From an uncultured virus (IMG/VR IMGVR_UViG_3300030330_005280) (taxonomy: Duplodnaviria; Heunggongvirae; Uroviricota; Caudoviricetes), in IMG/VR virus record IMGVR_UViG_3300030330_005280, positions 1-64,000 of that record: a DNA stretch of 64,000 nucleotides. One strand, 5' to 3'. Below the pieces are notes generated by a model. That model was not told where the DNA came from and made no database searches. It worked only from the letters and a program-made list of their open reading frames with translations. The position numbers and the translations under genes are program-made. Each line of letters begins with the position of its first letter. Position 1 is the stretch's first letter. Of this stretch, positions 9,808 to 20,161 are shown piece by piece.

Positions 9808-10591
9808 TAAGAAAAGAAATACCGCTTTTCTTTACGAATGCCTAATCAAAGAAATGACAAAAGCAGTTGTAAGAGGAGAGCTTCAAAAGAAAAAACAAAT
9901 CGTTGAGACACTTAAAAGGTACTTCTCAAAAGGAAAGCCTCTTTACAACGATCTTCAATTGTACAAACAACTAATGGAACCCCAAAGATTAGAAGAATCT
10001 CTTGGACTCCGTTACATGAAAGAAGTAAAAGAAGATTGGGATACTCTTGATAGAAAAGAAATCTTTAACGAGCAAACCAATTTAATTAAAGAGTTTAATC
10101 AAAACTTCCCAGAGGCATTTGGCAATTTTATTCCTAACTATAAATCTATTGCAACCGTCGGCCAGTATTTTAATTCTAATGGCCTTAAAGCAAAGACCCG
10201 TCTGTTGATAGAAGAAAGGGTCAAAACGCTTGTTATTTCGCATCCTCAAGCGATTAAAGAGGATAATTTAAAAACAGTTGATGTACTTACATATAAAACA
10301 TTTGTTTCTAAATTTAATGACACATATAAAGAAACTCTCTTAAAAGAACAAAGAGAACTTTTAACCAACTTTATTACTTCTTTTTCAGATAATGGCTTAG
10401 GTCTCAAAATGTTTATGAATGAAGAAATTGGTAGGTTAAAAGAACAGTGCGAAAATTTAAGTGAAGGGCAATGGTCTGATAAAATAAAACTAGTTAAAGA
10501 AAAACTTGAAGATTTTAAGAAGAAACCTTTGACTGAAGAAATAGTTAAAGATATTTTTCATATTCAACAATTATTATCGGAGATCAAATAA
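9797..10591 (+). CDS. Hypothetical protein in head module
   Basis: 264-aa ORF coupled to portal, AAGGA RBS. Confidence 0.75.
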   Translation: MKHNKKRNTAFLYECLIKEMTKAVVRGELQKKKQIVETLKRYFSKGKPLYNDLQLYKQLMEPQRLEESLGLRYMKEVKEDWDTLDRKEIFNEQTNLIKEFNQNFPEAFGNFIPNYKSIATVGQYFNSNGLKAKTRLLIEERVKTLVISHPQAIKEDNLKTVDVLTYKTFVSKFNDTYKETLLKEQRELLTNFITSFSDNGLGLKMFMNEEIGRLKEQCENLSEGQWSDKIKLVKEKLEDFKKKPLTEEIVKDIFHIQQLLSEIK

Positions 10592-10592
10592 G

Positions 10593-11276
10593 ATGTATAA
10601 AAAGCCACAAGACATTATCACAGACATATTAAACGAAGATATTGGAATTGATATTTTAAAACCCACTGGTATTGATGTAAAAACTGAACCTGAGGAAAGA
10701 GACTTAGATGTACGTATTCAAGGTGACACAGAGATAAATATTGTGCCACCACCAATTAGTATTAAAATAAACAACCCAAACGAAAGAACAACAAAGTTTG
10801 AAATGAATATTCGTAAAGCTCTTAATGGAGACTTACTAATATTTGACCATGCTGATATTGACATTGTGCTTATGGTTGAAAAAAAGAAACTTGTTGCATT
10901 TCCAAAGGAATTAATGTCAGAAGTGGTTTACGGTGCTGAGTCTCGTCTCATGGAATGGATGAGAAAAAATGGAATTATTGAATATGATTCAATTCAAGGC
11001 GGAAATGTTTATGGATCTCTTGAGGGAAAAATTCATGAATCAAAAGAACGTGATCCAATTAAATCTACTGTATATCAATTATCAGAATGGATAAAATCTG
11101 AAGCACCGTCTTCAAAAATGGTAAAAGGTCATGATGATACTTTTCAAGCTTCACAGTTACAACCAGATGCTGAGAACAGCACAGAACTAGGCGAAGTGCC
11201 TCATGCTGAGGAAAAGGGCTCTATAAAACAAAACAATCTTTTTGCACCATACTTATATGGGAGATACACTTATTAA
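10593..11276 (+). CDS. Hypothetical protein in head module
   Basis: 227-aa ORF abutting neighbours. Confidence 0.7.
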   Translation: MYKKPQDIITDILNEDIGIDILKPTGIDVKTEPEERDLDVRIQGDTEINIVPPPISIKINNPNERTTKFEMNIRKALNGDLLIFDHADIDIVLMVEKKKLVAFPKELMSEVVYGAESRLMEWMRKNGIIEYDSIQGGNVYGSLEGKIHESKERDPIKSTVYQLSEWIKSEAPSSKMVKGHDDTFQASQLQPDAENSTELGEVPHAEEKGSIKQNNLFAPYLYGRYTY

Positions 11277-12358
11277 TGAAAATAAAAATTAAAAAAACAA
11301 AAATAGTTTTAGATGAATCACAATTAAAACCTAGATTTTTAAAAGAATTAAATTTATCTGAAATGGTTTTAAAAGAAGAGACTGATGAGCAATCTTTTTC
11401 AATTCAACAGTTGCAAAAAATTACTGTTGAACAATTACAAGCTGAGTTACAAAAAATGAGAGATGGCGAAACTCAAGAAATTCTAAAGGCTAGAATAGCA
11501 AAACATAAAGAACTAGACTATGCTTTAAGAAAAGCACAATGGGAAAAAGAAGATATAGAGTTTTCAAATGATATATTTGCCGATTTTTATCATAATATAA
11601 AAAACTTGATAGGATCTTTATTTGGAAAAAAATCAGAAACAAGACTTCAAGTAAAAGAAAAAGAAATTCAAAAAATAACTTTGCAGTTAAAAGACGCTAT
11701 AGTAAAATCTTACACCCCTTTACAAAGAGAAATTTTCAGAGCTATTGGGTTATTTACAGGCGCTAACTACCCAACTATACGAAATCCTGAAAATTTTGAT
11801 GAAAAAAAAGCTAAACTTTTAAGGATAATAAACGATGGTATCGAAGACTCTTTTACTCCGACAAAAGAAACTTATAAAAAAGCTAAAATTATTTTAAACA
11901 AACTAGCTCAGTCCAAAATAAAACCAGTAAAAGTTTGGAGAGGTATGAATGTACCAGAAAAAACAGGTAAATTTCCTGGTTTGGAGACTTATGCAGTTGG
12001 TAAAACAATTAATGTTGGAAAATTGTCCTCTTTTTCTACCGATGTTGAAGCAGCTTTAAATTTTGTAAACTCAACTGGTGAATCAGAGGGTTGGGCAACT
12101 ATTCTTCATGTTCCCTCACTTACAAAAGGAGCAGATGTAGACCAGTTTTCAGTTTACGAAGGCACTGAAAAAGAAATTATAGTTTCTGGTGATTTCAAAA
12201 TATTAAAAATGTATTATTTATATCCAGAAGATGATAAGATAGAAATAAACAGTTTTAATGAATTTAAAGAAATGATTAAAAATGATAAATTGAAAAAACC
12301 AATTAATAACCAACAATTTAAACAAGGTAAAATTTGGATTGTTTTAAAAGAGGTTTGA
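11276..12358 (+). CDS. ADP-ribosyltransferase, R-S-E class (Alt/Mod/VIP2-like)
   Basis: VWRG, SSFSTD and EGTEKEIIV motifs in canonical order in the C-terminal domain. Confidence 0.8.
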   Translation: MKIKIKKTKIVLDESQLKPRFLKELNLSEMVLKEETDEQSFSIQQLQKITVEQLQAELQKMRDGETQEILKARIAKHKELDYALRKAQWEKEDIEFSNDIFADFYHNIKNLIGSLFGKKSETRLQVKEKEIQKITLQLKDAIVKSYTPLQREIFRAIGLFTGANYPTIRNPENFDEKKAKLLRIINDGIEDSFTPTKETYKKAKIILNKLAQSKIKPVKVWRGMNVPEKTGKFPGLETYAVGKTINVGKLSSFSTDVEAALNFVNSTGESEGWATILHVPSLTKGADVDQFSVYEGTEKEIIVSGDFKILKMYYLYPEDDKIEINSFNEFKEMIKNDKLKKPINNQQFKQGKIWIVLKEV

Positions 12359-12672
12359 TGTTTAATTTTATACTTACTGCTTATGGATTGACATTTATTC
12401 TTGTTTACGGCAAGATTTTTGAAGACATCCGACCCGAAAAAGATTACACAAAGAAATGGAACACTCTTTTTCATTGCCCTTTGTGCGTTGGCTTTTGGGT
12501 TGGGTGTTTTTTATTTTGCATTAACAGGTGGACAGAACTATTTACATTTGATTATACAATCGCTAATTTCTTTATTTGCGGTTGGATCTCAGCTGGAACA
12601 TCTTATCTAATTTCTATGTTGGTTGATGACTTCGGCTTTCGCATTTCAAAAATTGGAGATAAAGATGAATAA
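12358..12672 (+). CDS. DUF1360-like membrane protein
   Basis: Hydrophobic helices with LFHCPLCVGFW motif. Confidence 0.65.
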   Translation: MFNFILTAYGLTFILVYGKIFEDIRPEKDYTKKWNTLFHCPLCVGFWVGCFLFCINRWTELFTFDYTIANFFICGWISAGTSYLISMLVDDFGFRISKIGDKDE

Positions 12673-12718
12673 AAAATGGATGCTACAACCAGTTCGTCGT
12701 TGCTGTTCAGGCAGCTGA
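12665..12718 (+). CDS. 17-aa mini-ORF MNKKWMLQPVRRCCSGS
   Basis: GGAG RBS 6 nt upstream; ATG overlaps the preceding stop (ATGAATAA). Confidence 0.45.
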   Translation: MNKKWMLQPVRRCCSGS

Positions 12719-12755
12719 CTCAAGCGGGTTGCGCCCGCATTAAATGGAGAAAGAG

Positions 12756-13385
12756 ATGAGTAAACAATTATTAACAGAATTTTTTGAACTATGTCCCGAT
12801 GGACGTTGCCTTGATCGCCTGAGCGAAGCTCAAAAGCGCGAGGTAATCCAAGAGGGAGCTGTTTATCTTGTTGGTCGCATTCAAACTGCTGACAAGAAAA
12901 ACGGTAATGGACGTGTTTATCCAATGAAAGTTCTTAAAAAAGAAATGGAAAACTACAAAAAGATTGTTGCTGATGGAAGAGCCACAGGAGAACTTGACCA
13001 CCCTGATGATTCTGTAATTAATCTAAAGAATGTATCTCATATGATTACTGATTGTTGGTGGGAAGGTAAAGATGTTATGGGCAAGATTAAAGTTCTTGAC
13101 ACACCTTCGGGTCGTATTCTTAAGGACCTAATCAATGCTGGTGTAAAGCTTGGTATTTCTTCTCGTGGGCTCGGTTCTGTAAAAGAGTCAATGGGTAATG
13201 TTACAGTAGAAGAGGACTTTCAGCTAATCTGTTTTGACATTGTTGCTGAGCCTTCTACACCTGATGCCTATGTTTATCCGAAAAACAAACAATCAGGCAT
13301 AAACAGAGGCGCAGTTAAATTTAAAATTGCTGAAAGCAAGGAAAATGAAATTGATAATCTATTTAATAAGATCTTGAGGGACTAA
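12756..13385 (+). CDS. Prohead core protease (T4 gp21-like)
   Basis: NGNGRVYP, GELDHP, LGISSRGLGS, DIVAEPS. Confidence 0.96.
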   Translation: MSKQLLTEFFELCPDGRCLDRLSEAQKREVIQEGAVYLVGRIQTADKKNGNGRVYPMKVLKKEMENYKKIVADGRATGELDHPDDSVINLKNVSHMITDCWWEGKDVMGKIKVLDTPSGRILKDLINAGVKLGISSRGLGSVKESMGNVTVEEDFQLICFDIVAEPSTPDAYVYPKNKQSGINRGAVKFKIAESKENEIDNLFNKILRD

Positions 13386-13804
13386 TGAAAAAGCAAGAAT
13401 TAAAAAAAATACTTAAACCATTAATAAAAGAGTGCATTAAAGAAGTAATATTCGAAGATGGTACTCTTTCGTCAATTATAAGTGAAGTTGTTAAAGGTGT
13501 TGGTGAACCAATCGTTGAAACAAAACAAAGGTTTCCAAAAAAACAACAACCTCAATATGAAACAGACGAGCAAGCAAAACAAAGATTAACCAAACAAAGA
13601 AAAAAAATGATGGAAGCTATTGGTAAAGATGCTTACAACGGTGTTAACCTTTTTGAAGGCACAACACCTGCCCCTGCTCCACAAGAATCAGGAAGAGGAG
13701 CTCTATCAGACGTTGACCCAAATGATCCTGGAATTGATATATCTTCTGTTATGGGGAAGTCTTCATTAATATGGCAAAAAATGGCAGGTAAAAATGGCGA
13801 ATAA
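13385..13804 (+). CDS. Hypothetical protein with leader-like N-terminus (LIKECIKEVIFE)
   Basis: Coupled to protease; CTATTTA at 13359. Confidence 0.7.
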   Translation: MKKQELKKILKPLIKECIKEVIFEDGTLSSIISEVVKGVGEPIVETKQRFPKKQQPQYETDEQAKQRLTKQRKKMMEAIGKDAYNGVNLFEGTTPAPAPQESGRGALSDVDPNDPGIDISSVMGKSSLIWQKMAGKNGE

Positions 13805-14000
13805 TTACACGTATAGGGTAAGAAAAAAAGACAATATTGATAGAGTAGTAAAACGCTTCATCAAAAAATGTAAAAAACTTGGGATTATTGATGAGATAAA
13901 AGATCGTCAACATTATACAAAGCCCTCGGAGAAAAGACGAAGAGCTAAAGAAAGAGCTATTCGTAGAAGAATAAAAGAAGAGAAAAAACGAAAAAAATAG
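13794..14000 (+). CDS. rpsU: Phage-encoded ribosomal protein bS21
   Basis: 68 aa, basic; NIDRVVKRFIKK..KLGI.DEIKDRQHYTKPSEKRR matches the bS21 pattern. Confidence 0.88.
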   Translation: MANNYTYRVRKKDNIDRVVKRFIKKCKKLGIIDEIKDRQHYTKPSEKRRRAKERAIRRRIKEEKKRKK

Positions 14001-14031
14001 ACTATTTACAATAGTTTTTAAGGAGTTATTA

Positions 14032-14505
14032 ATGTCAGTACACAATTACAAAGCCGGAGCAAGGACAAGAAATGTTGTTAATATTGCAGATCCCGGAGGC
14101 ACAGTTGCAGCATACAGTGCTCAAACCGCAACTATATCAGCCCCAACATCAGCCACAGATGGATTTAAAAATTTCAATTCACAAAAAAATCTGCATATTG
14201 TTATAGATAATGATGGCTTAAATACAGAAGGAGATCCTGGAAGTGGTATAGCTGTAACCGTAACCGTTTATGGGTATAACTCATCTCTCGGAGGACAATG
14301 GGCACCATTAACAATCCCTATTTCACAAGGAAATGGTGATGCTCTTGTGTACAAAAATATCGTAACACCAGCTGTTTCTAAAGATACAACTTTTAGAGCT
14401 ATAATCCCAATCGAAGGCGTTGAAAGAATAGCAGTTGCTACTGCTCTTAGTGACACACGAGCTGCTGGTAGTTATAGTATCTGGTTAGGTGTTAATTCAA
14501 TTTAG
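14032..14505 (+). CDS. Putative virion structural protein
   Basis: AGGAG RBS, CTATTTA at 14002, beta-rich composition. Confidence 0.6.
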   Translation: MSVHNYKAGARTRNVVNIADPGGTVAAYSAQTATISAPTSATDGFKNFNSQKNLHIVIDNDGLNTEGDPGSGIAVTVTVYGYNSSLGGQWAPLTIPISQGNGDALVYKNIVTPAVSKDTTFRAIIPIEGVERIAVATALSDTRAAGSYSIWLGVNSI

Positions 14506-14513
14506 AGGTATAG

Positions 14514-17500
14514 ATGGGTGAATTTGGTTGGGCATATATTAGTGGAAGTAACATATCCGCTGCACAAGGAACAGATGGATCAGTTCAATTAAGGGAAGCA
14601 GGTTCAACTGCTTTCAGTGGTTCTACTAGACTTACATTTGATGCTAATTCCAACTTACAGTTAACTGGTTCTCAACATATTCAAGGACATTTATCAGCTT
14701 CTGTTGGGATAACCGCATCGGCTTTCTATGGTGATGGTAGCGATCTTACAGCACTAAATGCCTCAAATATATCAGCGGGAACACTGAATAATGCTAGATT
14801 ACCTAGTACAATTTCTGTCACAGCAATCACAGCATCAACTCATGTTTCAGCTTCGGGTTTTCTTGGAGACGGATCAGCCCTTACAGGTATAACATCTGTG
14901 AGTATTGCTAATGATGGTAATAATAGATTATTAACAGCAGATGGTGATGGCACCATGTCAGCAGAATCCAACTTAACATTTGATGGATCTACAATGGTTT
15001 TAACAGGAACTCTTAATGTTTCTGGTGCAATCAATGTAAATGAATTAAATATTAACGTTGAGAACAGAGATGTGGTAAATATTTCTGTTACAGGTTCTAC
15101 AAAATTTGGCGACTCCTCAGGAGATATACATCAGTTTACTGGTTCTATTTTAGTTAATGGTCAGATATCATCTTCTGTTGAGGTGTCAGCTTCTTCTTTC
15201 CATGGAGATGGTTCTAATCTTACTAATGTTAGTAGCCCTTTAATCATCAAAGAAGAAGGCTCAAACATTACAACTAGTGCATCTAGTATCAATTTCGTTG
15301 GTGCTTTTGTTACTGCTTCAAACTCAGGTGATGATGTGACTGTTACAGTTAATGCTGGCGGTGGTGGTTCTGGTGGGACAATTGGTGCTGCTGAGGATGA
15401 AGATGGTTATAGTGATGGTCTCTTTACTGACTTTACCACAGATACTGCTGTTGGTACACCAATTGATAGATTTAACGAAGTTTTAAAAATTCTTGCACCA
15501 ACTCCGGCACCATCTGTTTCTAGAATAACTTCTTCGGTGCCTAGTGGAGTTACAGCTAAATTATCCTTTGGTTCTTCAAAAGTGGTTGCTGGGTATACTT
15601 CTTCTGCAACAGCGGCAGGTTTTGATGCTGTGGATGCCACAGGTATATATTCTGCTAGTGTTTCTGGTTCAAATCTTAGACTTGGTGTTTATGATGGAAC
15701 TCAAGATATAACAGGTGAGATTAATCACCATGTTGTTGAGTCAATTACAAATGGGTATACAGCTTATTCCAATGATGCTTTTGGCAATGCCAATGAGGGA
15801 ACTTTAAAACTAGAATTAAACGGTGCTGTTATACACTCTGTAGGTTTGTCTGGTTTAGCAGGCTCAGGTAATCCAAACACAGGTTCTACTAATTCTTTAA
15901 CAGATCAATCTGGGTTTACTAATGTATCTATCACAGCTTCATCTTTTGATGGTAATAACTCAGAGTGGTACATATTCAAACACAGAACAGCCAAGTTTAA
16001 AATAGATACTAATCAACAAAAGGTTGGTTGGAACTATGCTAGAGTAATTCACTCTCTAGCATCAGACAATGAAACAAATTACATAGAGTGGATTAACGAT
16101 CCATCAGGAGCAGCAGGAATTGCTAACATGTCTGCTTCAAATGGTAGAATAGAAGATGTAGGGCTTTCGGGAGAGAAATATCTCTCTGGTGTTAAGTACA
16201 ACACAGGAGCTGTCGCAAAGTACAAGGTAGATTTAGTTAATTTATATTCAAATGTTTATGCTGCTAGTGGAACACCTATTTCATTTGCAACATCGAACAG
16301 CTCTGTTCCAGGTTCTCAAGCCGTTACCGACTTAGGTGGTGGTGAGGATAGAACAAAAACATTAGGTGTTACTGGTTCTTTGGCATTTAATCAAACAACT
16401 TTGTTTAATGGCACGATGTCATGTAACACAACAGTCACACATCCATTAAAAAATACAATCACTAATACAGGTTCTGCTGAAGCTAATGGATTCTTATTAG
16501 AAACTAGAAACTTAGCTAGCACTAATCTAGAAGAAAAATTTCATGATGAATCATTTAGAAAAGTTTCTGCCTCATATGATACACAAGGTTCTGTAAATGC
16601 CGCTGCTGCCACTTGGAACTCACAAACTCACATGACTGGTTCCAATGTTGATGGTCATCAAGATGGTTTGTTGTTTCACAACCAAAGGTTATACAGCCCT
16701 GTTGATAATGATATACCGAATGGTGGTGATTTTAAAGAAATGCTTAATGCATCAGGATCATCTCAACCAGACTACATTAATGATACACCATTAGGCACAA
16801 GAACGTTTTATCGTGTTGTTACAAACTCATCTGGTGTTTCAAAAAGAGATATGAAGATAGTTTCTACAAAAAATTCTACAACATACAACAATTCATCACT
16901 TGGTGCGTCTAACATGCATTTCTTTGCCAAAATTCCAGGCTCTACTGGGTGGATGGATATTTCACAAAACTTTACATATGGTAACACCTCTGATGGAGAT
17001 GGAGGTCTAATTTCTGGTGCTTCTAATGATGTTGACTCTGGTGACAATATACATCATATTACTTTTGGTACGCAATCTGTAGGTAATAACGAGTTTATCA
17101 TGATAAAGGCGGTAGCTGATGAAACTTGGGGTGGTTATATAAATCAACTTTCTTTCTCGGTTGGTGCAACAACAAACACAACTACAAATGTTGGCATTGA
17201 ACTAGACAACATTGATCTTGACGATACGGCTGGTATAGATGCGAAACTTTCTTTTGGAGTCAACAATGTTGTTGCCGGATACAGCAATGCTACTGGTTCT
17301 TCTATTAGTTTGAGTAACTTCAATATAAACAGTGAATACGATGATCAGGGTACAACAAGAAGAGGAGTTTTTAAAGCTACTGAAGTTATGGGCGGTACTT
17401 TAAATGAAAATATCAATGCAAATGGTAACAATTATCCAGCTAATTCTTTTAAAGATGCCTTCACTGGTTCGTTATTGTTAATAGTTAATGGATTGACTTC

Positions 17501-18941
17501 TAGTACAATTGCCTTAGATAGTCTTGATGCTGGTAATAACTTATCTTCAAATACCGGTTTTAGTCTTGGTGCTGTTGGGTTTTCTACCACTAGTGATGGT
17601 ATTCCAGACTACACCAAGCCATATAGAACAGGTACATACAGTATAGGTACAAACCAACAAAATGTTGGATGGAATTACGCTAGAGTAGTGCACAGAATTG
17701 GTCCAACTGATACAGTTACTAATTATGTTGAATGGGTTGTAGACCCATCAGGATCTACAGATGATACCGCAATATCTAGTCCAGTTTTATCTGACTTTGG
17801 ACACACAGATTTATATTATCAATCAGGAATTGCTTATTATGCTGCGAATCCAACAGCAAGTTTTGATTTCTCAGGCTCTAATTTTTATAGAAATGTTTAC
17901 GCAACAGGAAGTGCTATTAGTTTTCCAACCACAACTAATTGTACAGTTACTAGTATAAGAACATCTGGATCTGGTATCAGCACGACAACTACAGCTGCTT
18001 CCACAGCACCTATGGCTTTGCTAAACAGCTCAAGCAATTGTCATCTCACAGATATACAAGTGACTGGTACTCTGCAATACAACGGGTCAACTCCATCAAT
18101 AAGTGGGGGACTTGGATTATTTACTGTTAATAGTGTCACAACCACGGGTAGGATTCTACATCCATTTAAAACAGACAAAACAACAAACTCAGCGACAAAA
18201 AGCAACCTTTTTGTTTACTCTGGTTCAATTTCACATGGAACAACTAACTCTGGTAGTAACGAAGACTTTAATGTTGAAGAATACAGAATAGTTTCAGGTA
18301 ACTATGCCAATCAAGAGTCTGTTACCTCCTCTGCTAACACCTGGAATTCCCAAACTCACATGAACGCTGCCAATGCTCATGGAGATGGGATGGTTACAGT
18401 AAATGGATTTTTGATATCTCCATTACGAATAGGTGTGTCTGGTAATACAGGAGATGCCTCTTTACAAGTTCCTGCTGGTAATCCAGATTATTCCTCTTTG
18501 TCAGAGGATACAAGAAGTTACTACAGATATTTTAAAAATACTGGTGATTTAACAGTACAAAACTTTAATTTATACGTTACTGGGAACGCTAGTATTGTAG
18601 GAAAAGATCCTTCTAAAGCGCACTATGGTGCTTTAGGGTTTAATAATAGAATAAACATAGAACTTAAAGTTCCTTCTGATCCTGCCTTTACCGGAGATGA
18701 TGACCGATCAACTGCTTGGAGTGATGCTGCTATTCCTCAAGGAGGTATAGATCCTACAACAGATGGCTTTGGTGTCTTTAACGGTGGAAACGGAAATTTA
18801 GATCAAGATGCTAGTGATGGTTCTAATATAGCAATCACTTTGGGCACAAAAGAATGGAAGCCAAACCAATTATTGGTTTTAAAAATATCTGCTCATAAAG
18901 ATTGGAATGGGTATTTAAACAGCATAACTGCTTCTTATTAG
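14514..18941 (+). CDS. Large Ser/Gly/Thr-rich virion fibre/decoration protein with internal ~560-aa duplication
   Basis: 1475 aa; paired motifs AKLSFG, GWNYARV.H, TWNSQTHM, HP[LF]K. Confidence 0.75.
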   Translation: MGEFGWAYISGSNISAAQGTDGSVQLREAGSTAFSGSTRLTFDANSNLQLTGSQHIQGHLSASVGITASAFYGDGSDLTALNASNISAGTLNNARLPSTISVTAITASTHVSASGFLGDGSALTGITSVSIANDGNNRLLTADGDGTMSAESNLTFDGSTMVLTGTLNVSGAINVNELNINVENRDVVNISVTGSTKFGDSSGDIHQFTGSILVNGQISSSVEVSASSFHGDGSNLTNVSSPLIIKEEGSNITTSASSINFVGAFVTASNSGDDVTVTVNAGGGGSGGTIGAAEDEDGYSDGLFTDFTTDTAVGTPIDRFNEVLKILAPTPAPSVSRITSSVPSGVTAKLSFGSSKVVAGYTSSATAAGFDAVDATGIYSASVSGSNLRLGVYDGTQDITGEINHHVVESITNGYTAYSNDAFGNANEGTLKLELNGAVIHSVGLSGLAGSGNPNTGSTNSLTDQSGFTNVSITASSFDGNNSEWYIFKHRTAKFKIDTNQQKVGWNYARVIHSLASDNETNYIEWINDPSGAAGIANMSASNGRIEDVGLSGEKYLSGVKYNTGAVAKYKVDLVNLYSNVYAASGTPISFATSNSSVPGSQAVTDLGGGEDRTKTLGVTGSLAFNQTTLFNGTMSCNTTVTHPLKNTITNTGSAEANGFLLETRNLASTNLEEKFHDESFRKVSASYDTQGSVNAAAATWNSQTHMTGSNVDGHQDGLLFHNQRLYSPVDNDIPNGGDFKEMLNASGSSQPDYINDTPLGTRTFYRVVTNSSGVSKRDMKIVSTKNSTTYNNSSLGASNMHFFAKIPGSTGWMDISQNFTYGNTSDGDGGLISGASNDVDSGDNIHHITFGTQSVGNNEFIMIKAVADETWGGYINQLSFSVGATTNTTTNVGIELDNIDLDDTAGIDAKLSFGVNNVVAGYSNATGSSISLSNFNINSEYDDQGTTRRGVFKATEVMGGTLNENINANGNNYPANSFKDAFTGSLLLIVNGLTSSTIALDSLDAGNNLSSNTGFSLGAVGFSTTSDGIPDYTKPYRTGTYSIGTNQQNVGWNYARVVHRIGPTDTVTNYVEWVVDPSGSTDDTAISSPVLSDFGHTDLYYQSGIAYYAANPTASFDFSGSNFYRNVYATGSAISFPTTTNCTVTSIRTSGSGISTTTTAASTAPMALLNSSSNCHLTDIQVTGTLQYNGSTPSISGGLGLFTVNSVTTTGRILHPFKTDKTTNSATKSNLFVYSGSISHGTTNSGSNEDFNVEEYRIVSGNYANQESVTSSANTWNSQTHMNAANAHGDGMVTVNGFLISPLRIGVSGNTGDASLQVPAGNPDYSSLSEDTRSYYRYFKNTGDLTVQNFNLYVTGNASIVGKDPSKAHYGALGFNNRINIELKVPSDPAFTGDDDRSTAWSDAAIPQGGIDPTTDGFGVFNGGNGNLDQDASDGSNIAITLGTKEWKPNQLLVLKISAHKDWNGYLNSITASY

Positions 18942-18948
18942 GTAAATC

Positions 18949-20073
18949 ATGACTACTAGAAAATCAAATTTAACATTAACAAATTATGCTGCCAAAAAAG
19001 TTTTGGGTAAAGCTCATACATCTAATAAGAAAGATATATCTAATGAACCATATCCTTCAAATGTTACTGTTGTCGGAGAAGGTGTTTTCGCTGAGTCTAT
19101 ACCAAATGATCCCGGTGACGCATTTTACACTTTGTATTCAGCTTCAGCTGGTGCTCCTGCGACAGTTGAAAAAGTTTATTTTGCTGTTAAACCAGATACG
19201 TCAACTCAATACGATGCTGATCAGGAAGCACAAGGAGGACAGGGAGATGAGTCATCTGATTTTGGTGTCCATGGATATTATCTTCAACTAGCTAGTGATT
19301 ATGAAACTAGTAGCTCTAATCCAAATTCTGGGTCTGCTCCATTTACAAACAACTCCAGAGTTTATAACTCTAGAGGTGCATTACAAATTGTACCACCCTT
19401 TGTTTCTACCGAGAACCCAAATCCTTATCAATTAAAACTTTTTAATTCTGGTGGTGTGGAAATTAGTTTTACAGACAATATTGACTGGACTGTTGACTAC
19501 TATGCTGGTACTATTTTTATTCAAGACTATGATGAGGTAGCAGGTGGTGTTGGTAAGCTACCTACATCAGCATCTGCCTATGTATATGTTGGAAAATACC
19601 TAGATGAAAAACTAACAGACCTGTCTTCTTCTATTGGAGAAGGTGGAGGTAGTGCCATAACAGTTAAAGATGAAGGATCTAACCTATCAACAGCAGCTGT
19701 TTCATTTGACTTTGTTGGTACGGGTGTAACTGCAACAAAGCCAAGTGGTGAAAACATAACAGTTACAATACCTGGTGGGATTAACTTTTCTAGAGATGCT
19801 GTTGTTTCTACCATAACTGCTTCAATCACCTCTTCTATTCTTGGAGTCTCAGGTACAGCACCGATTAGTATAAGACTTCCATCAGCAGGTGATTATGTTG
19901 CCGGTCAATATTTTACAGTCAAAGATGAGAGTGGAGCGGCAAATATTAAAAATATAACTATATTAGCATCAGGATCTCAAACAATTGACGGAGAAGGTTC
20001 TATAGTACTAGAATCACCCTTTGCTGCTGTTAATATTTACTCAAATGGTACTGACAAATTCTTCATTTATTAG
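18949..20073 (+). CDS. Putative virion structural/fibre protein
   Basis: Shares K[ED]EGSN module with the upstream protein and IDG..S.VLES module with the downstream protein. Confidence 0.65.
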   Translation: MTTRKSNLTLTNYAAKKVLGKAHTSNKKDISNEPYPSNVTVVGEGVFAESIPNDPGDAFYTLYSASAGAPATVEKVYFAVKPDTSTQYDADQEAQGGQGDESSDFGVHGYYLQLASDYETSSSNPNSGSAPFTNNSRVYNSRGALQIVPPFVSTENPNPYQLKLFNSGGVEISFTDNIDWTVDYYAGTIFIQDYDEVAGGVGKLPTSASAYVYVGKYLDEKLTDLSSSIGEGGGSAITVKDEGSNLSTAAVSFDFVGTGVTATKPSGENITVTIPGGINFSRDAVVSTITASITSSILGVSGTAPISIRLPSAGDYVAGQYFTVKDESGAANIKNITILASGSQTIDGEGSIVLESPFAAVNIYSNGTDKFFIY

Positions 20074-20161
20074 GTCGATTAGCAATCTAGATTCTATTTA
20101 AAGTTCGAGAAGGCTTTTGTCCCTCTTACTTATGTACATATTTTCTATGGAGGATTATAAT

